A DNA stretch of 64,000 nucleotides from Ginglymostoma cirratum (lineage: Eukaryota). The notes beneath the pieces were generated by a model that was not told where the DNA came from, did no database searches, and was given only the letters and a program-made list of their open reading frames with translations. How positions within the stretch are numbered: position 1 is the stretch's first letter; every line of letters starts with the position of its first letter. Both the position numbers and the translations under genes were made by a program. The stretch is taken from assembly GCA_024137785.1 (NCBI GenBank), contig JAHRHZ010000025.1:18331787-18395786 (forward strand). Direction: 5' to 3'. Positions 35,399-48,246 of this stretch are shown one piece after another.

Positions 35399-36528
35399 CA
35401 GTTTAGATTCAGATTGTTCCAGCTCTTTGCTAGATATCCTTGGAGGTAGACCCAATGAAGATGAGCCACTGTGCTTTGCAGGAAAAGAAGAGACTTGGGC
35501 ACTCTGCCAACTTGATGTCAGGCATTTACTTGGCAATTCATCTTTTACTGGGGACAAGTGTCTTATAGATGATTCTTTCTGTACTGGTGACGGTTGTGTC
35601 CTTGGAGAGATCTCTCTTGCTGGAGAAAGGTACCTTGAAGGCAACATTTTCATACCTGGTGACAAAGTTCTCCCAGGTGACACATCTCTTTCTGGTGACA
35701 AACGTGTTTGAGGCGACACTCTCCCAGACGACACTTCGATCCTCGGTGATAGACATCTCTTCGGTGACACTTCTCTGCCTGGAGAGAGACGTCTCCTTGG
35801 TGACATACCTCTCCCTGGTGATGGGCAGCTCCTGGATGATAATTCTCTGCCTGGTGAAAAATGTCTCCGAGGGGACATCTCTTTTGGTGGGGACAAGTGC
35901 TCTTGAACCGATGCCTCTCTTTCTGGCGATGAGTGTCTCCCAGGTGGGATGTCCCCTCCTGGATATAAAAGGCTACTAGGTGATGATTCCCTTTTTGGAG
36001 ACCACGGCCTTCTAGGTGATGTATCTCTTGATGGTGAAACATCTGGACTTAGCACTGTCTGCCTTTTCATCAGAGGATCTCCTTGCATCGGTAAAAATTG
36101 TTCAGCAGATGTCAATGGTGGCATTGAAATACTTCCTTCAGGTTTTGCCTGTGAGACACCATGACACACAGGAACCATGCCTGACTCTGAGGATTTCACT
36201 GGCTTTGCTGTATGAAGTTGAGGTGGTGACATGGGGTAACCTGTCAATGAATAGTGACTGGTTAAACTAGATCCCTGCTTTGAAGTGGTCTCTAGTGACA
36301 GGACGGTAGTTTCCCCTCTGTATGACGTTGATGCAGTCCCAGCTGTTTGTGGACTGGTACTTGCAATCTCTGAAGACTTCACAAACTGTTCCTCTTCCTC
36401 CTCCTCTTCATCATCATCATCATTGTCATCATCATCATCTGACTCCTCAACATCTGAAAACTGATGCTCTTCGGCTGGGTCTGTGCCCTCGATTTCTTCT
36501 GATTTCTTCAACTTTTCTTCACTGGTTC
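35399..36528 (-). CDS. HIVEP3: HIVEP3 penultimate coding exon: acidic tract and S-P-x-R/K repeat region
   Basis: Inside ORF 35327..36559. Acceptor TCTGATTTAG|GA, donor CTG|GTAAGA; 1130 bp = 2+376 codons. Contains EEHQFSDVEESDDDD...EEEE, characteristic of HIVEP2/3. Confidence 0.9.
35540..36040 (-). repeat. Coding 18-nt tandem repeat (28 hexapeptide units, xSPxRx)
   Basis: VSPSRD TSPRRP WSPKRE ... LSPGRE VSPKRC ... LSPVKD; 167 aa with one unit shortened to 5 aa. Confidence 0.9.
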
Positions 36529-38919
36529 CTAAATCAGAGATATGGGAAAAACGCAGCATTAAAAAAAGTTAACATTTCATCGTATTGTCTGACATGGGGA
36601 CAAATTAATGCACTCACCATCTCATTAAAATAACAAGTGAAAGTACACCAACCACCCAGAAATCTTTCATTTTAGAGGGAGCCAAATCCAAGGTTTGACT
36701 CGTCTTATATAGCATCAGTTTTTTAGAAACATGCATTCCAATACTTACAGGAGGTCCCTCAGGACTGTCTATATTCACAAAGGATTCCTTCCCTTTGCTA
36801 TTGACAGAGGCTTGAAAAACAGCACTCTTTATATAAATAACTAGGATGCAGTGGACATAGCTAAAATGAAAATATTATAAACGTTTCAGAAACCTGGCAC
36901 CAAATTTAGTCCCATTCTCTATCTGTTCTACCAAATGAGTCATTTGTGTCTGTAAAATGGCTGTTTTTATTTTACTTCGATGTGGTATTCTGAACCACAA
37001 CCTGAAATTCACTGCTGCTCCTTCGAGTGAGAACAGGCAAGGATTTTACAATGCGGATCTTCTGACAGATAGCACTTCCTGCCTCTAAGTGGCCTCCTCT
37101 GGCCAGACATGACACCTCATTGGCAGAGAGAGAGCTTTGCAATTCATCCAAACCCAAGCTGCTTCTGGAAGAACACTACCCCGCCCCGCCTCAAATGTAA
37201 CCAAAAGTCCTCCAAACATAACTAATAGAAGGCAGAAGCTTCAGTCTAGTGAAGGTCGAGTTCAAGAGGAGATGAGGAGGAACTTCAGCAAAATACATGT
37301 CCAGGTTCTTGCTCCTTTGTGAGATTGCCAGATGCAGGCTCAGTATCAGGAGAGGCTATCCACTTGGTAGGCCAGGTAGCTAAACTGAATGACAAGCCCA
37401 TTTGAGTGGACTAATTCAATTACTCAGGATGTCCCCACTGTGGGGAAATTGAGCAGGTGCCTGGAGGTGGCTTGCTCGTGGCTGGTCATGGGAGAGAAGG
37501 CCAAAAAGCCTCCTGTTTCAACATCTCCCAGCCGCCCTCCTTACTGATGCTGCGGCCAACCTTCTGAAAGATTCTCCCCATCTCAGTGGCTCTGCAGAGG
37601 TGCTCCTCCCATCTTCTTAATTGGATTTAACTTCTTCAGAGGGGCCCTCAAAATCAGGCCTGTAACCGCAGGAACCAACTTGTCCGTCCCCCCCATCCCC
37701 TCACTACAAATTGGATCCAGAGGTGGGCTCTTAATTGGCTGCCTCTCATAAAATCTCAAATGGACTTTTGACATTCAGGAGTGGAGAACTGATACTGAGT
37801 CTCTCTCACATTCTAAACAGAAGATTCTGGCCATTGTTTCAAATCAGAGTCTTTTCCTCACACTGGCTTCATTGTTTGTTCAGTCCAGCATTTACAGTAG
37901 ACACCAACAGAAAGCAGAACAGTTCAGGAAGAGCCACATAAATTCCAAAGCCGTGATGTTTGTCCAAAAGCAACAAACCTTTTTATTCTGTCAGGGTCAT
38001 GAATCAGTGTCCTTTGAAGCCCTCTTTTCAGCTGTCAAACGCACAATAGGAAACTCGCAGACAGTCTCAGACGATCCCTGTGTTTACAATTGTCTATTTA
38101 TAACTTTCAATGTCGCAGCACATCCCCTGAATCTTTAGGCTGGTGCTGCTGATATTTTTAATGTGGGATGCTTGGAGCTATTCGGAACAAGGCAGCCCAT
38201 TTGACCAGCAGCCCCTTCCACCACCTTTGAAGCTCCCTCCCCCATTACAGAGGCAGCCGTGTGTGCTATCTATGAGATGCCCTGCAGTAATTCAGCAAGG
38301 CTCATTTGACAGGACTCTTCTCCAACGAAGCGGTGGCATCTATCATCTGGGAAAACACTGGAAACCATCATCTGAAAGTTTGCCTCTTTTAAGCCACATG
38401 CCATCCTGACTTGGAGCTAGAACTCAGTTGGATCAAAATCGTAGAACTCACCTTCCTAACAGCACCCAGACTCCAGATTCAAGAAAGCAGCTCACCACCA
38501 TCACCTTCACCAGCATAATTAAAGGATGGGCAATGAATGCTGTTCTAGTCAACAACACCCACATTTAATTTGTTCACTGAACAACAAAATTACATAGATT
38601 AAAGCATTCTGTTCCTGTATTGTTGATTCTAATAGGTTTGTGTACCACCTGGGAATCCTCCCACCTTGTTAGGGATTCCTTTTATTCCTTTATCACTCGA
38701 GCATTTAGGTAACGTTTTCTGAAAGGAACCTATTCTTTTTGCCCCAGACGCCACTTCTAGTAATGAATTCTATATTATAATCATATTCCGAAGTAAAAAC
38801 ACGTTTCTTCTGAATTCTGCTATGGATTTATTAATAATTACCTTATTAGTTATGGCCATAAATATTATGGTTTTTCATAACTTTCAATAAGCATGGAATA
38901 ATAGTTGTATTATTGCGAA

Positions 38920-39600
38920 ACAGAAACATTGGAGCAGGAGGAGCATATTTAGGCACTGGACTCCATTCAATTAAATCACAGCCGATTTGAACCTGAACCT
39001 CACTCCCTGCCTTTGCTGCAGATCCCAATAAATGTTTAGGTAATGAAAATCTGCTGATCTCGTTCTTGAATTTTTCAACGCTTTTAAGTTTTCTACAGAT
39101 GAGAATTCCAGACTCCATTTACTCTTTGTGCAAAGGTCCATCTCACACCTGAATGGTCTAGTTCTAATTTTAAGATCACACCTCCCAGTTATGGAACTCT
39201 TCACCAAAGGAGGGGGCTCATTCGTGTCTTCCCTGTTGAATCCTTTTAATAGTTCAAACATGTCAGTAAGCTCCCACTTCTTCTACATGAAACACAAGCC
39301 AAGATTACACAATCATAAAGCTTGCAAATCTACTCTGTAACCGATCCAAGGTCAACATGGTCCCTTCGGATTGGTGTATTCTAGATCGGGTCTGAGTAAT
39401 GCTCTGCCTGACTGGAGAATAGCTTTGTCCTCTCTGTTCCAGCCCCTTTAAGATAAAGGCCAACATTCATTTAACTTCTTTGATCACTTTTTCTCCCCCA
39501 TACATAATAGCTCGAATTCTTTAACTCCTCCACAGTTCCCAGACTTCTGACCATGATGATATTTTTGTTTCATGTTCTTAGATCAAAGTGAATGACCCTG
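38920..39600 (-). mobile_element. CR1 LINE 3' fragment
   Basis: ORF 38971..39261 (MFELLKGFNRED...ITGR-DLKIR-RPFR) resembles the CR1 ORF2 end. Confidence 0.7.
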
Positions 39601-40465
39601 CACGTCCAAACCCCTTTATGTACCCTTTTAACAAAATCTGAACTAACTGCATTATATTAGTGTATGAGGGAACTTTACCCAATTTCTTGCACTGCCAGAG
39701 GAAAACAACTGCAACCATGATAACTAAATTCATTTCAGAAACTCCTCCAAATTATTACAGCAGTCCTCAGAGTGACACGGATCTTTACTGCCTGCTGGCA
39801 CCCAACACTGACTCAATGATTTCTTGAACTCTTTCACCACCCGCACAACACGCCCCTACCACTCCTCATGATGGACGAGCCTATGTTTCCCGGAACAGTG
39901 GTGCCCTCTGGCCCTGAGTCCTGTGTCTCAACACAATCAAGTTCAGAAACAAAAAGAAACTTTTATTTTTGCCATCTATCTAGAAATGCAAGCCTACTTA
40001 CAATTCGCTATGACGCAGGACGGGTGGCCCAGTAAACCATCTCACTGGACTGTTTCCCGCTTGGGCTGAGTTTTAGAAACCAAACTATTATTACGTTTGA
40101 GTTATTAATCCACAAAAATGACAAGACATAAGATAGATTGCCTCCTTGAACTGTTGTTTTGCTAATATTTCTCAGGTCTGCGATCACTGTTGTATTGGAG
40201 ATCAAATAGCTTCCTCGGAATGCCAAAACCCAGGGAGTGGTTAGAATGTGGAACTGTCACATGGAATGCCTGAGGTGAATAATATACAGGCCTTTAACGG
40301 GAAACGAAACAAGAACACACAACACATGGAATCGAAAACTAAAATAACAGAATTAGATGAAACATTAATGTAGGCACAGACAATTTGGACAAAATGGTAT
40401 GTTTCTGTGCTGTAATTCTATGATATCACTGGCCAGTCTGTAAGTGATCAGAAATGACCAACTGC

Positions 40466-40484
40466 CACACACACACACACACAC
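40466..40484. repeat. (CA)n microsatellite
   Basis: cacacacacacacacacac. Confidence 0.9.
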
Positions 40485-43087
40485 CACTGGAAACTCTGCT
40501 TCCATTGCACTGGCTAACAAAAGGCTTCATTTATTCTTGCCCCTTCAGTAATAGCAGGGGCCATTGAGCAAAAACTACTCGATGTTTTCAACATACGAGC
40601 CTCCAGCTTAGACAAACTCCTCTTGGATTCCCACAGACGATCACTGCAGTCATTCCAGGTGTGAGCTATCAATTCTTTCTATTCCCATTCACAGATGAAA
40701 ACAATTAAAAGCAAAATGCTAACCTTATGCAAACAGTACTCCTGTTTGTGGACCCGATACACCCCAGGTAGCTAAAGTCTTTTGTAATTAAATCAACACG
40801 GTTTAACCTTGCATTTCCTATCTTTGCAATCTCCTCCAGCCCTAAAATCCTTCAAGAAATGTGTCCCTTAGATTCTGGTCGATTATTTGTCCTGACTACA
40901 TTTGTGCTAGGATTGGTGGGTGTGCCTGGTCCTAAACTCAGGATCACACACCTTTCCTTTAACCTGGCTGCTTCACTTTTCTCTTTTTAGACCCACCTTT
41001 AGATCCATCTATTTTGATTTTGTTTAGATTTTATTGTCACATGTACTATTTCTGTCGCTTATACTCGTGTTTGCTCATGAGCTTCTGTGAAATTTTGTTT
41101 AGTAACATTACTAGGAAGCACCTTGGGAAGTTGTTACATTTAAGGTGCTTTACAATTGCAAGTTATTGTCGTTGATCTAAACTCACTAATGGCCTTTTTA
41201 AAGTCACTGCCTTCACTCAATTTTTTCCCAGTTCTTCCAAAAGCACACATCCTGCTGGGATTACTCCAGCCTTCAGCCCCTCTCGTAACTTATCCCAGCA
41301 CAGGTGGTCTAGCTATTCGACTATGGGATGTATCACAGCCAAGCTGACCCTGTCTACAGAAGTAGCACTTTACATCCTAGCCCAAATAGGCAATGAAGCA
41401 AAGAGCAATAGCTTCTGTTCACCCTGCTATCAGCATAGGTCATGCTATTTCAGGGGCTGTCTAACTGATTGCAATGCGACAGGCTCCATCACACACGCGA
41501 CTAGTCAGAGAGCTGCAGAAGCAACCTCACTCTTTATAAAACTCTTTCAGGACAGTGGAGTATATAGACGAGTACGTCTGCATCAGTGTTTACTGAATTG
41601 TTATCTTTAACATGAACAGCTGCTAACTATATCAGGTATCAGCTCTGGCACCTTCACGATGTTCCAATGTGCTCTGTGGGCAATCAAGTACTTTTCTGAA
41701 GTGCCACTGCTGTTGCAATGATAGGAAACAATGTACGCACAGTACGATCCCATAAGCAGCGATGCGATAAAGACCAGTTAACACATTTCAGTCTTGTCGG
41801 TCAAGGGTTAAATACTGACCACGATGCAGGGGAGTTCCTGTCCTTTGAAGTACTGACAGCAGCAGTTTTATGTCCTCTTGAGGGGGCAGACGGGTCCTTT
41901 GTCTGACACGGTATTTCAAAGGTGGCACCTGAAAGCAATATTCTCTCTGTACCACACTGATATGTCAGCCTAGTTTCTACACTCATAATTCTGGATTGGG
42001 ATTCCCAAAGCCTGAACTGGGAAACTAAAGATTTTGCTCATTCTTTTGATATATCTGCCTCAGGTGCATGTTTTTAAATAATTCACAAAAAACCAACTTG
42101 CCTCAGTCATTCTGATCAAAAATCTCACCTCAAGCACTTCTGAATAACGATACATCTAAACTTCACTGCAGAGCACATCTGATAACAGAAGGTTCTGGGC
42201 CTGTAGGTAGAACTCTGAATTCCTCATAAGAACATTATGTTCTTTACTCTAAATAGACTTTGTTTACTGTAGAATAAATACTGCTCTAAATCCTGCCATC
42301 AGTCCCTCCTCAACTCTGGTTCTTTGACAGGGATAATGATGTCAATGCATATCGTTGATTTAATTTGCTCTGGACCTGGGAGTGCGGCAGATTCTCTGGA
42401 TGCAGATTACAGGGTATTAGGACAGTGAGAATTGAAGTTCCCAATGGAGCCAGTCTGCTATTCCTCTATCCATTGGTCATCCATGAACTCTGGTGCAGGA
42501 ACCTGAAATTCTACACAGTGACTAACCTCAGAGGGACCTCGATCTCTCTGGGAACTAAATGTGACAGCCATTCCATTTCAATACAAATTTTAAAAATTTG
42601 ATAATGTCAAATGCATCCTTAAAATGTTAGTTCTTCACCTTTAGGCTCACCTAAGTGAACAGCAGCTAACCTTTGATTACAGGTAAAGTTTCATGCTCAG
42701 ATATTGTGACTGTAATCTTCACTAATGACAAGGGTTATCACGTCAACCAACACTGGCATCAGTTCAAAAAGTAACGGAGATTAATCTGGTCGACTTGGGA
42801 ACCTCGGAGCCGTCCATCAGGTACTTTTCTTTCAGCGCAAAGCTCACTCAGCTGATGATTCACATGACGGAACAGGGTCTGGAACCCGATCGTGCTGTGA
42901 GATTATTTCCTGGGCAGGTGGCCTCTGATGGAATTGTAGGCAGATCTCCAAATGACTTGAGGAATACTGAAGGCCAATGGTAAGTGTCAAGCGTTACTTC
43001 AGATGGGTTGATATCAGCACAGATTTTTCTGCATATAAATCAACCATCTCATTCACAGGGCAATCATTAACTAGTTCCACAATCTTA

Positions 43088-43255
43088 AATAAAACAAAGA
43101 ACTGTTGTTGCTGGAAATCTGAAACAAAAACAGAAATTGCTGGAGAAACTCAATACGTCTGGCACAAATGAAGAAAAAAAAAGTTAATGTTTTGAGTCCA
43201 GTGACCTTGCTGATGTTGCCAGACCTGCCAAGTTTCTCCTGCAATTTCTGTTTTC
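43088..43255. mobile_element. Degenerate Penelope-like hairpin related to 18378-18597
   Basis: aaaacagaaattgctggagaaact ... agtttctcctgcaatttctgtttt inverted arms. Confidence 0.7.
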
Positions 43256-44309
43256 ACCACAGTCTTAAGTGCCTGGATGGATCAGATTAAACAACAAACA
43301 ACTTTCAGTCATATAGTGGCTTCAGCCTGGTAAAACATTGCAAGGTGCTTCACAGGAGCACAGTCAGAAGTTCAAAGAGGTTGGTCTACCCGTACCTCTC
43401 TCTCTCTCTCCTCTAAGAAGATGTCCCTTAAAACTTACCTCTTTGCCCATACTGTTGGTCACCTGTCCTAATATCGCCCAGTGTGGCTCTGAATCAGATT
43501 ACTGTCTTTGTGAATTACCTTGGGATATTCTACTATGTTAACGAGGTTAAATAAACCCAAGTTATTGGTCAACAATGTGCGTCGCATTTAATTTTCTCCA
43601 GCAACAGTACAGGTTGCTCTTCCAACGTGGCACACAACCCAAAAGACGAACCAGAACATCCCACTAAAACCCCCAAAAGGAGAGAATAGTGGAAAATTTT
43701 GTAAACACTTTTGTACTGCGTAAGGACTCCCTTGGCTTCTCCCTGACATATACACTGGATCATGTTCTACGAACTGCAAGCTCCCAGCCTGCATTTAATT
43801 TTCTTTTCCCTCTTTGGGCAATAGATGAGAAGTGTTCACAAACTAATGATTAATCTGTTGAACCACATGAAAATTGCACCCTCCGTGATTAATGAGTCCC
43901 AGATTTTCTGACTCAGAGGCAGAGACACTACTAACTGGGCAACAGAAACTGCCCCCCACCTTCCTGTTTAATGTTAATGGAGTAGGAGGTTGTAAATTTG
44001 CAATGTGCATTTGTGGCACATGTCAATGAGAGCACTTTAACTCACAGCCACGACAGAGTGACAGTACAGATAGGCCCTTTGCTACTATTCCCATAGATTG
44101 TGAACCCAATGGAAATAACCTTCAGTCCTTTGAGATTGAACCTTTGAAATGACCTATGAATGCGTTCAAATCAACTGATTGCTTTCTTGTTTCTGGCAGA
44201 AAATTGTAAACCCTGTTGTTAGGGTGAAGGCCACAGTGAAGCAGCAGTTCAAAATACAAATCATTAAACATTCCCATCGGGATTAATTGATGCAACATGC
44301 CCAAGGTAC

Positions 44310-44408
44310 CTTCTTCAGATTCCACGTCTTCCATTAATGCAACAGCCACTCCCATCTCCTGGCACTTCTTACTGTGAGCCTTTGACTTCATGTGCTTTGT
44401 CAAGTTCC
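44310..44408 (-). CDS. HIVEP3: HIVEP3 coding exon completing the second finger
   Basis: (G)[32 protein letters not shown](G). Acceptor TTCTTCAG|GG, donor AAG|GTACCT; 99 bp, phase joins the previous exon. AHSKKCQE matches HIVEP3 as I recall it (HIVEP2 AHMKKCLE, HIVEP1 AHSKKCVD). Confidence 0.93.
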
Positions 44409-44979
44409 CTGAAGAACACAAACAGTGAGGAGTTTAGCTGGTTTGAGGCAGTAAATCACATTCGGCTGCTACTTGGCTGAATGGCCAGTCTCTGCTCAAT
44501 TAATGTCTCAATGAGGCTAATCTGCTTCCTCAGGCAATCTCCTTCCAAAGCTTCATAAATCAGCCTAACGACACTGTGCTGTAATGTTGCTCAGCATTGG
44601 CTGGGTGAAGAGGCGAAGCTGATCTATCACCTAGTGACAGCAAGGTTGTGATCTAAATGAGTCAAATGCTCAAATATGTTCCCCCCTCTGCTTGTCCATT
44701 TTATCGCCTCTCATCGACTGTTGAGGTTCCTGCAATCAGTTTCTAGCAATACAGCATCTGTGACAGCACAACATTCAGAATTGATACATCGTGTGTTTTA
44801 TGTACAATTAAACGCCTACATTTTGGCAATGTGAGGCACAAGCCTCCCTCACCCCAGCACACAGGGACGGAGGGTTAACAAATGTACCGTCACAATGGTC
44901 CACTGAGGCTGAAAGATCAAGGTTCACTTCCCATTCTGTACTTCAATTACTTCATGTTCATGCCACAAAAGGAAGAGCC

Positions 44980-45410
44980 AGCATTTACATAGCACCTTTC
45001 TCAACCTCAGGCTGCCCCAAAGCATTTTACAACCGAAATCTTTTTGAAGAGTAGTCACTGCAGCAGTGGTGCAGCTAAATTACATACAGGAAGAGTCAAA
45101 TTGCACACACAAAAATCCCACAACCAGCATCGAGTTAGTGACCAGATTGTCGGTTTTTACTGACATCAGTTAAGGAATAAATACAGCACAGTGAAGAGTA
45201 CTCCACTGCTCTTCTTTCAAACTGTACCATAGGATTTTTCACTTCAGAGGGCAACGAGGAACTTGGTTTAATATGGCGTCTGAAAAACAGACCATTCAAC
45301 AGCATTGGGAGCGTCAGATTGGATTTGTATTCAGGTTGTTGAAGGGAGACTCAAACTAACTATCATCTAATTCAGAGGGGAGAATACCTGGCACTGAGCC
45401 ACAGCTGACA
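44980..45410 (-). mobile_element. Deu-domain SINE; related copies at about 41690-42050, 46295-46620 and 53840-54110
   Basis: gcatttacatagcacctttctcaacctcagg...aaagcattttaca 3' end through to cactgagccacagctgacac head. Confidence 0.65.
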
Positions 45411-48142
45411 CATCAGTCAATGTTAGTTTTGTGCCAGAGAATGTTAGCAGGAAATATCATGAACATGCATACAGCAAGGCAACAATCTTTGTTGCAGTCC
45501 TGATCGAGGGAGATTATACATTTTCAACGCGTATAGTTAGAATATACTGAGCATGGATCAAGACAAGGGGTGGGGGTAGTGCCTGAGGAGAGATCACTTG
45601 CAAGTATTACTGAAAGTTTCTCCGTCATGTAAACCAAAGCTTAAACTCAGTTTTCATTTTTCCATCCTTTAGGACAGTGACATCCAGTTCCTATTCTTTA
45701 CAAAACATCTTAGGACAAAGTATCTCCCAATGATGGTGCTGTTGATAATTTAACTTTATTGGAGGCTGTCGAAATGCTGGTGCCAATACCTGCTAATGAA
45801 ACTCTACTGCTATGCCCAATAAAGCAACTATTGAAGGTTGAAGTATCAGTGGCTTTAATCATCAACATGGTTAACCAAATTTGCATAAAACAGCACATGT
45901 GTTATTGCACCATCTCAACAGCACCTCGGTAGTTGCAAGCAAAGGAAACAAATCTTGACTGTTTTTCTCTGCACATATGCTGCCAAACCTGCTCAGTATA
46001 TCCTGATGTAGGAGCAAATTATTGCAGATGCTGTTTTCTGTACAGAGAATGACAAATGCTGGAGATCACAGTGGGTCAGCTGTCTGACCTGCTGTTATCT
46101 CCAGCAATTGTTGTGTTCAGTATATTCTGATGATCCCTCACATCAGTCCAGTGGTTGGGCCAGCAGCGCAACTCTCACGCTGCTAAAAGCTATGACATCT
46201 GCCTTACATTAGGGGATGTCTAAAGTTGCAAAGGTAAAGATGGTGACTTTGAAATTCACTGCAGGTGTAAAACTGGAGACACAAGGAAAGGACAGACTTG
46301 TATTTATTTAGCACCCTTTCTAACCACAGGCCTTCCCAAAGCACATTAACTATAATGAAGTACATTGTCAAGTTCAGTCACTGTCATAACATGGCAACCA
46401 ATTCACGCACAGCAAGTTCCCACAAACAGCAATATGGCACTTATCAGACAGATATGGGCTGAGAGATTAAAAACTGACCCATGACAAAGAGGAGAACGCC
46501 CATGCCCTTCTAGTGTGATAGAGATGGGGGAATCTTTTACATACGTATGGTTGTCCTGCAGGCAGCACAGAAGGAAGACACTGGCCTGTCTTATGCAGCA
46601 TCCCATTTGAAAGCTGTGGGAAAAGACTCCGAGCGAGTCATGATTGTTCCAATTCAGCTGACTGGGTTCAGAATTCCCCCTTCCATTTTCAGCAGAGCTG
46701 GTGTCGGGAGTACTGGTCATTTTTTAAATCAATTGCAGTCTTCCAACAGAAGACCATTGTGTTTCAACCAGAACGCTGCCAGGGGTGCAGGGTGTCTATG
46801 GAATGATTACAGAGACTGGGGCTTTTCTCTCCAGAGCAGACAAAGAGGAGATTTAATAGTGTCATTTAAAATCATGAACAATATTAGCAGAATTGTTAAA
46901 GATATTGTGTTTAAGTGGCAGAAGGGTAGATTAATAGAAAACAAAGATTGAAGGAATTGAAACAAAGATTGAAGAATTGACAAAAGAACCAGAAGGGAGT
47001 GAGGGGGGAAAGCTTTGTTTGCAAAACATAGTGAGCTGCTGTGGTTTGGAAAACATGGTCAGAAAGAGAGCTGAAAGCAGATTCAAAAATAAATGAATAA
47101 CTTTCAAAAGAGAATCGGATGAATACATGAAGTGCAGAGGTTGCAGGGCTACAGGGTAAGGACAGAAGAGTGTGGCTAATTGCGTAGTCTTTAAACAGCT
47201 GGCGCAGGATCAAAGACTGAATGACTTGTGTTTCTGCTGCTTCATTCTGATTTTCCTACCAGCTCTGCATTGCATTGCCTTCGCAAGGATTGACAGATGT
47301 TCAACAAAATGCTACAACAAATCCCCCTTTCAAGTTGCCCTGTCTTAAGTTAACATTGCAAATATAATGAGGTTGATATGTGCAATTAGTGTCAGGATTT
47401 CGGTTTTAGCATCAACATGTACTAGGCTCATGTAGAATCACGTGACTCAATTAGTGTTATTTTGGAGCCACTTTTCCCAGTTGCCGTCTTTCCCACTTGC
47501 TTCCCACTCCCTATCCTGAGTCCTCACACTCGCTTCTGTTTCCCAAGCCCTTGCTCCCAGCAGGTATTTGGGAAAAGGAAGCAGATGGTAAGAATAAGCA
47601 GGAAAGGGAGAGAAAAACAGGGATTGGGAAGGCTGGTGATTGGAAGGGCTGACAAGTGGGAAATGCTCTGTGCAGAAATGGAAGTAAAAAAAGAGTTTGC
47701 ACATTTCTTTTGTATAACTTTAAACTTACTTCATTTTTAACACGGCTGTATTTATGAACATGGTATGTGTTATGGAGCAGCAGTCCACAAAGAACCTGAG
47801 GCATCTCTTTCCATTAGAGAGACACAGTAGATGATATGATGTATTTCTCTGAAGAGTAAGGTTCTATGAGACAAACAAGTGATTTTGCAATACCTGTAAA
47901 CAAGAAAACCCGATTTGCTCAAATGTTTCTTTTAAAGTTGTGTTTTTCGGGAATGTGGCCACTATAAGAAAAAGCAGCAGAGTTAGGCCATTTGAGCAAC
48001 TGAGCCTGTTCTGCCATTCGATCACGGCTGATATGTTTCCAAACCCCATTCTCCTGCTTTCTCCCTGTAACCCTTGATCCCTTTACCAACAAGAACCTGT
48101 CTATTTCTGCCTTAAATACAATAGTAAGCAAAGGATTACTGT

Positions 48143-48246
48143 AGATAACAAGCATGGGGCTGGATGAACACAGCAGGTCAAGCAGCATCATAGGAGCAGG
48201 AAAACTTGACATTTCGGGCCTAAACCCTTCATCAGAAATCTGTACA
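48143..48246. mobile_element. Young Penelope-like pLTR fragment with hammerhead motif and 10-bp flanking duplication
   Basis: 48143-48239 matches 15570-15666 at 96 of 97 nt; GATTACTGTA at 48134-48143 and 48247-48256. Confidence 0.85.

Noticed and set aside
35427-36633. Several overlapping 70-136 aa ORFs on the opposite strand or alternate frames
   Set aside because: By-products of the repetitive, stop-poor HIVEP3 exon.
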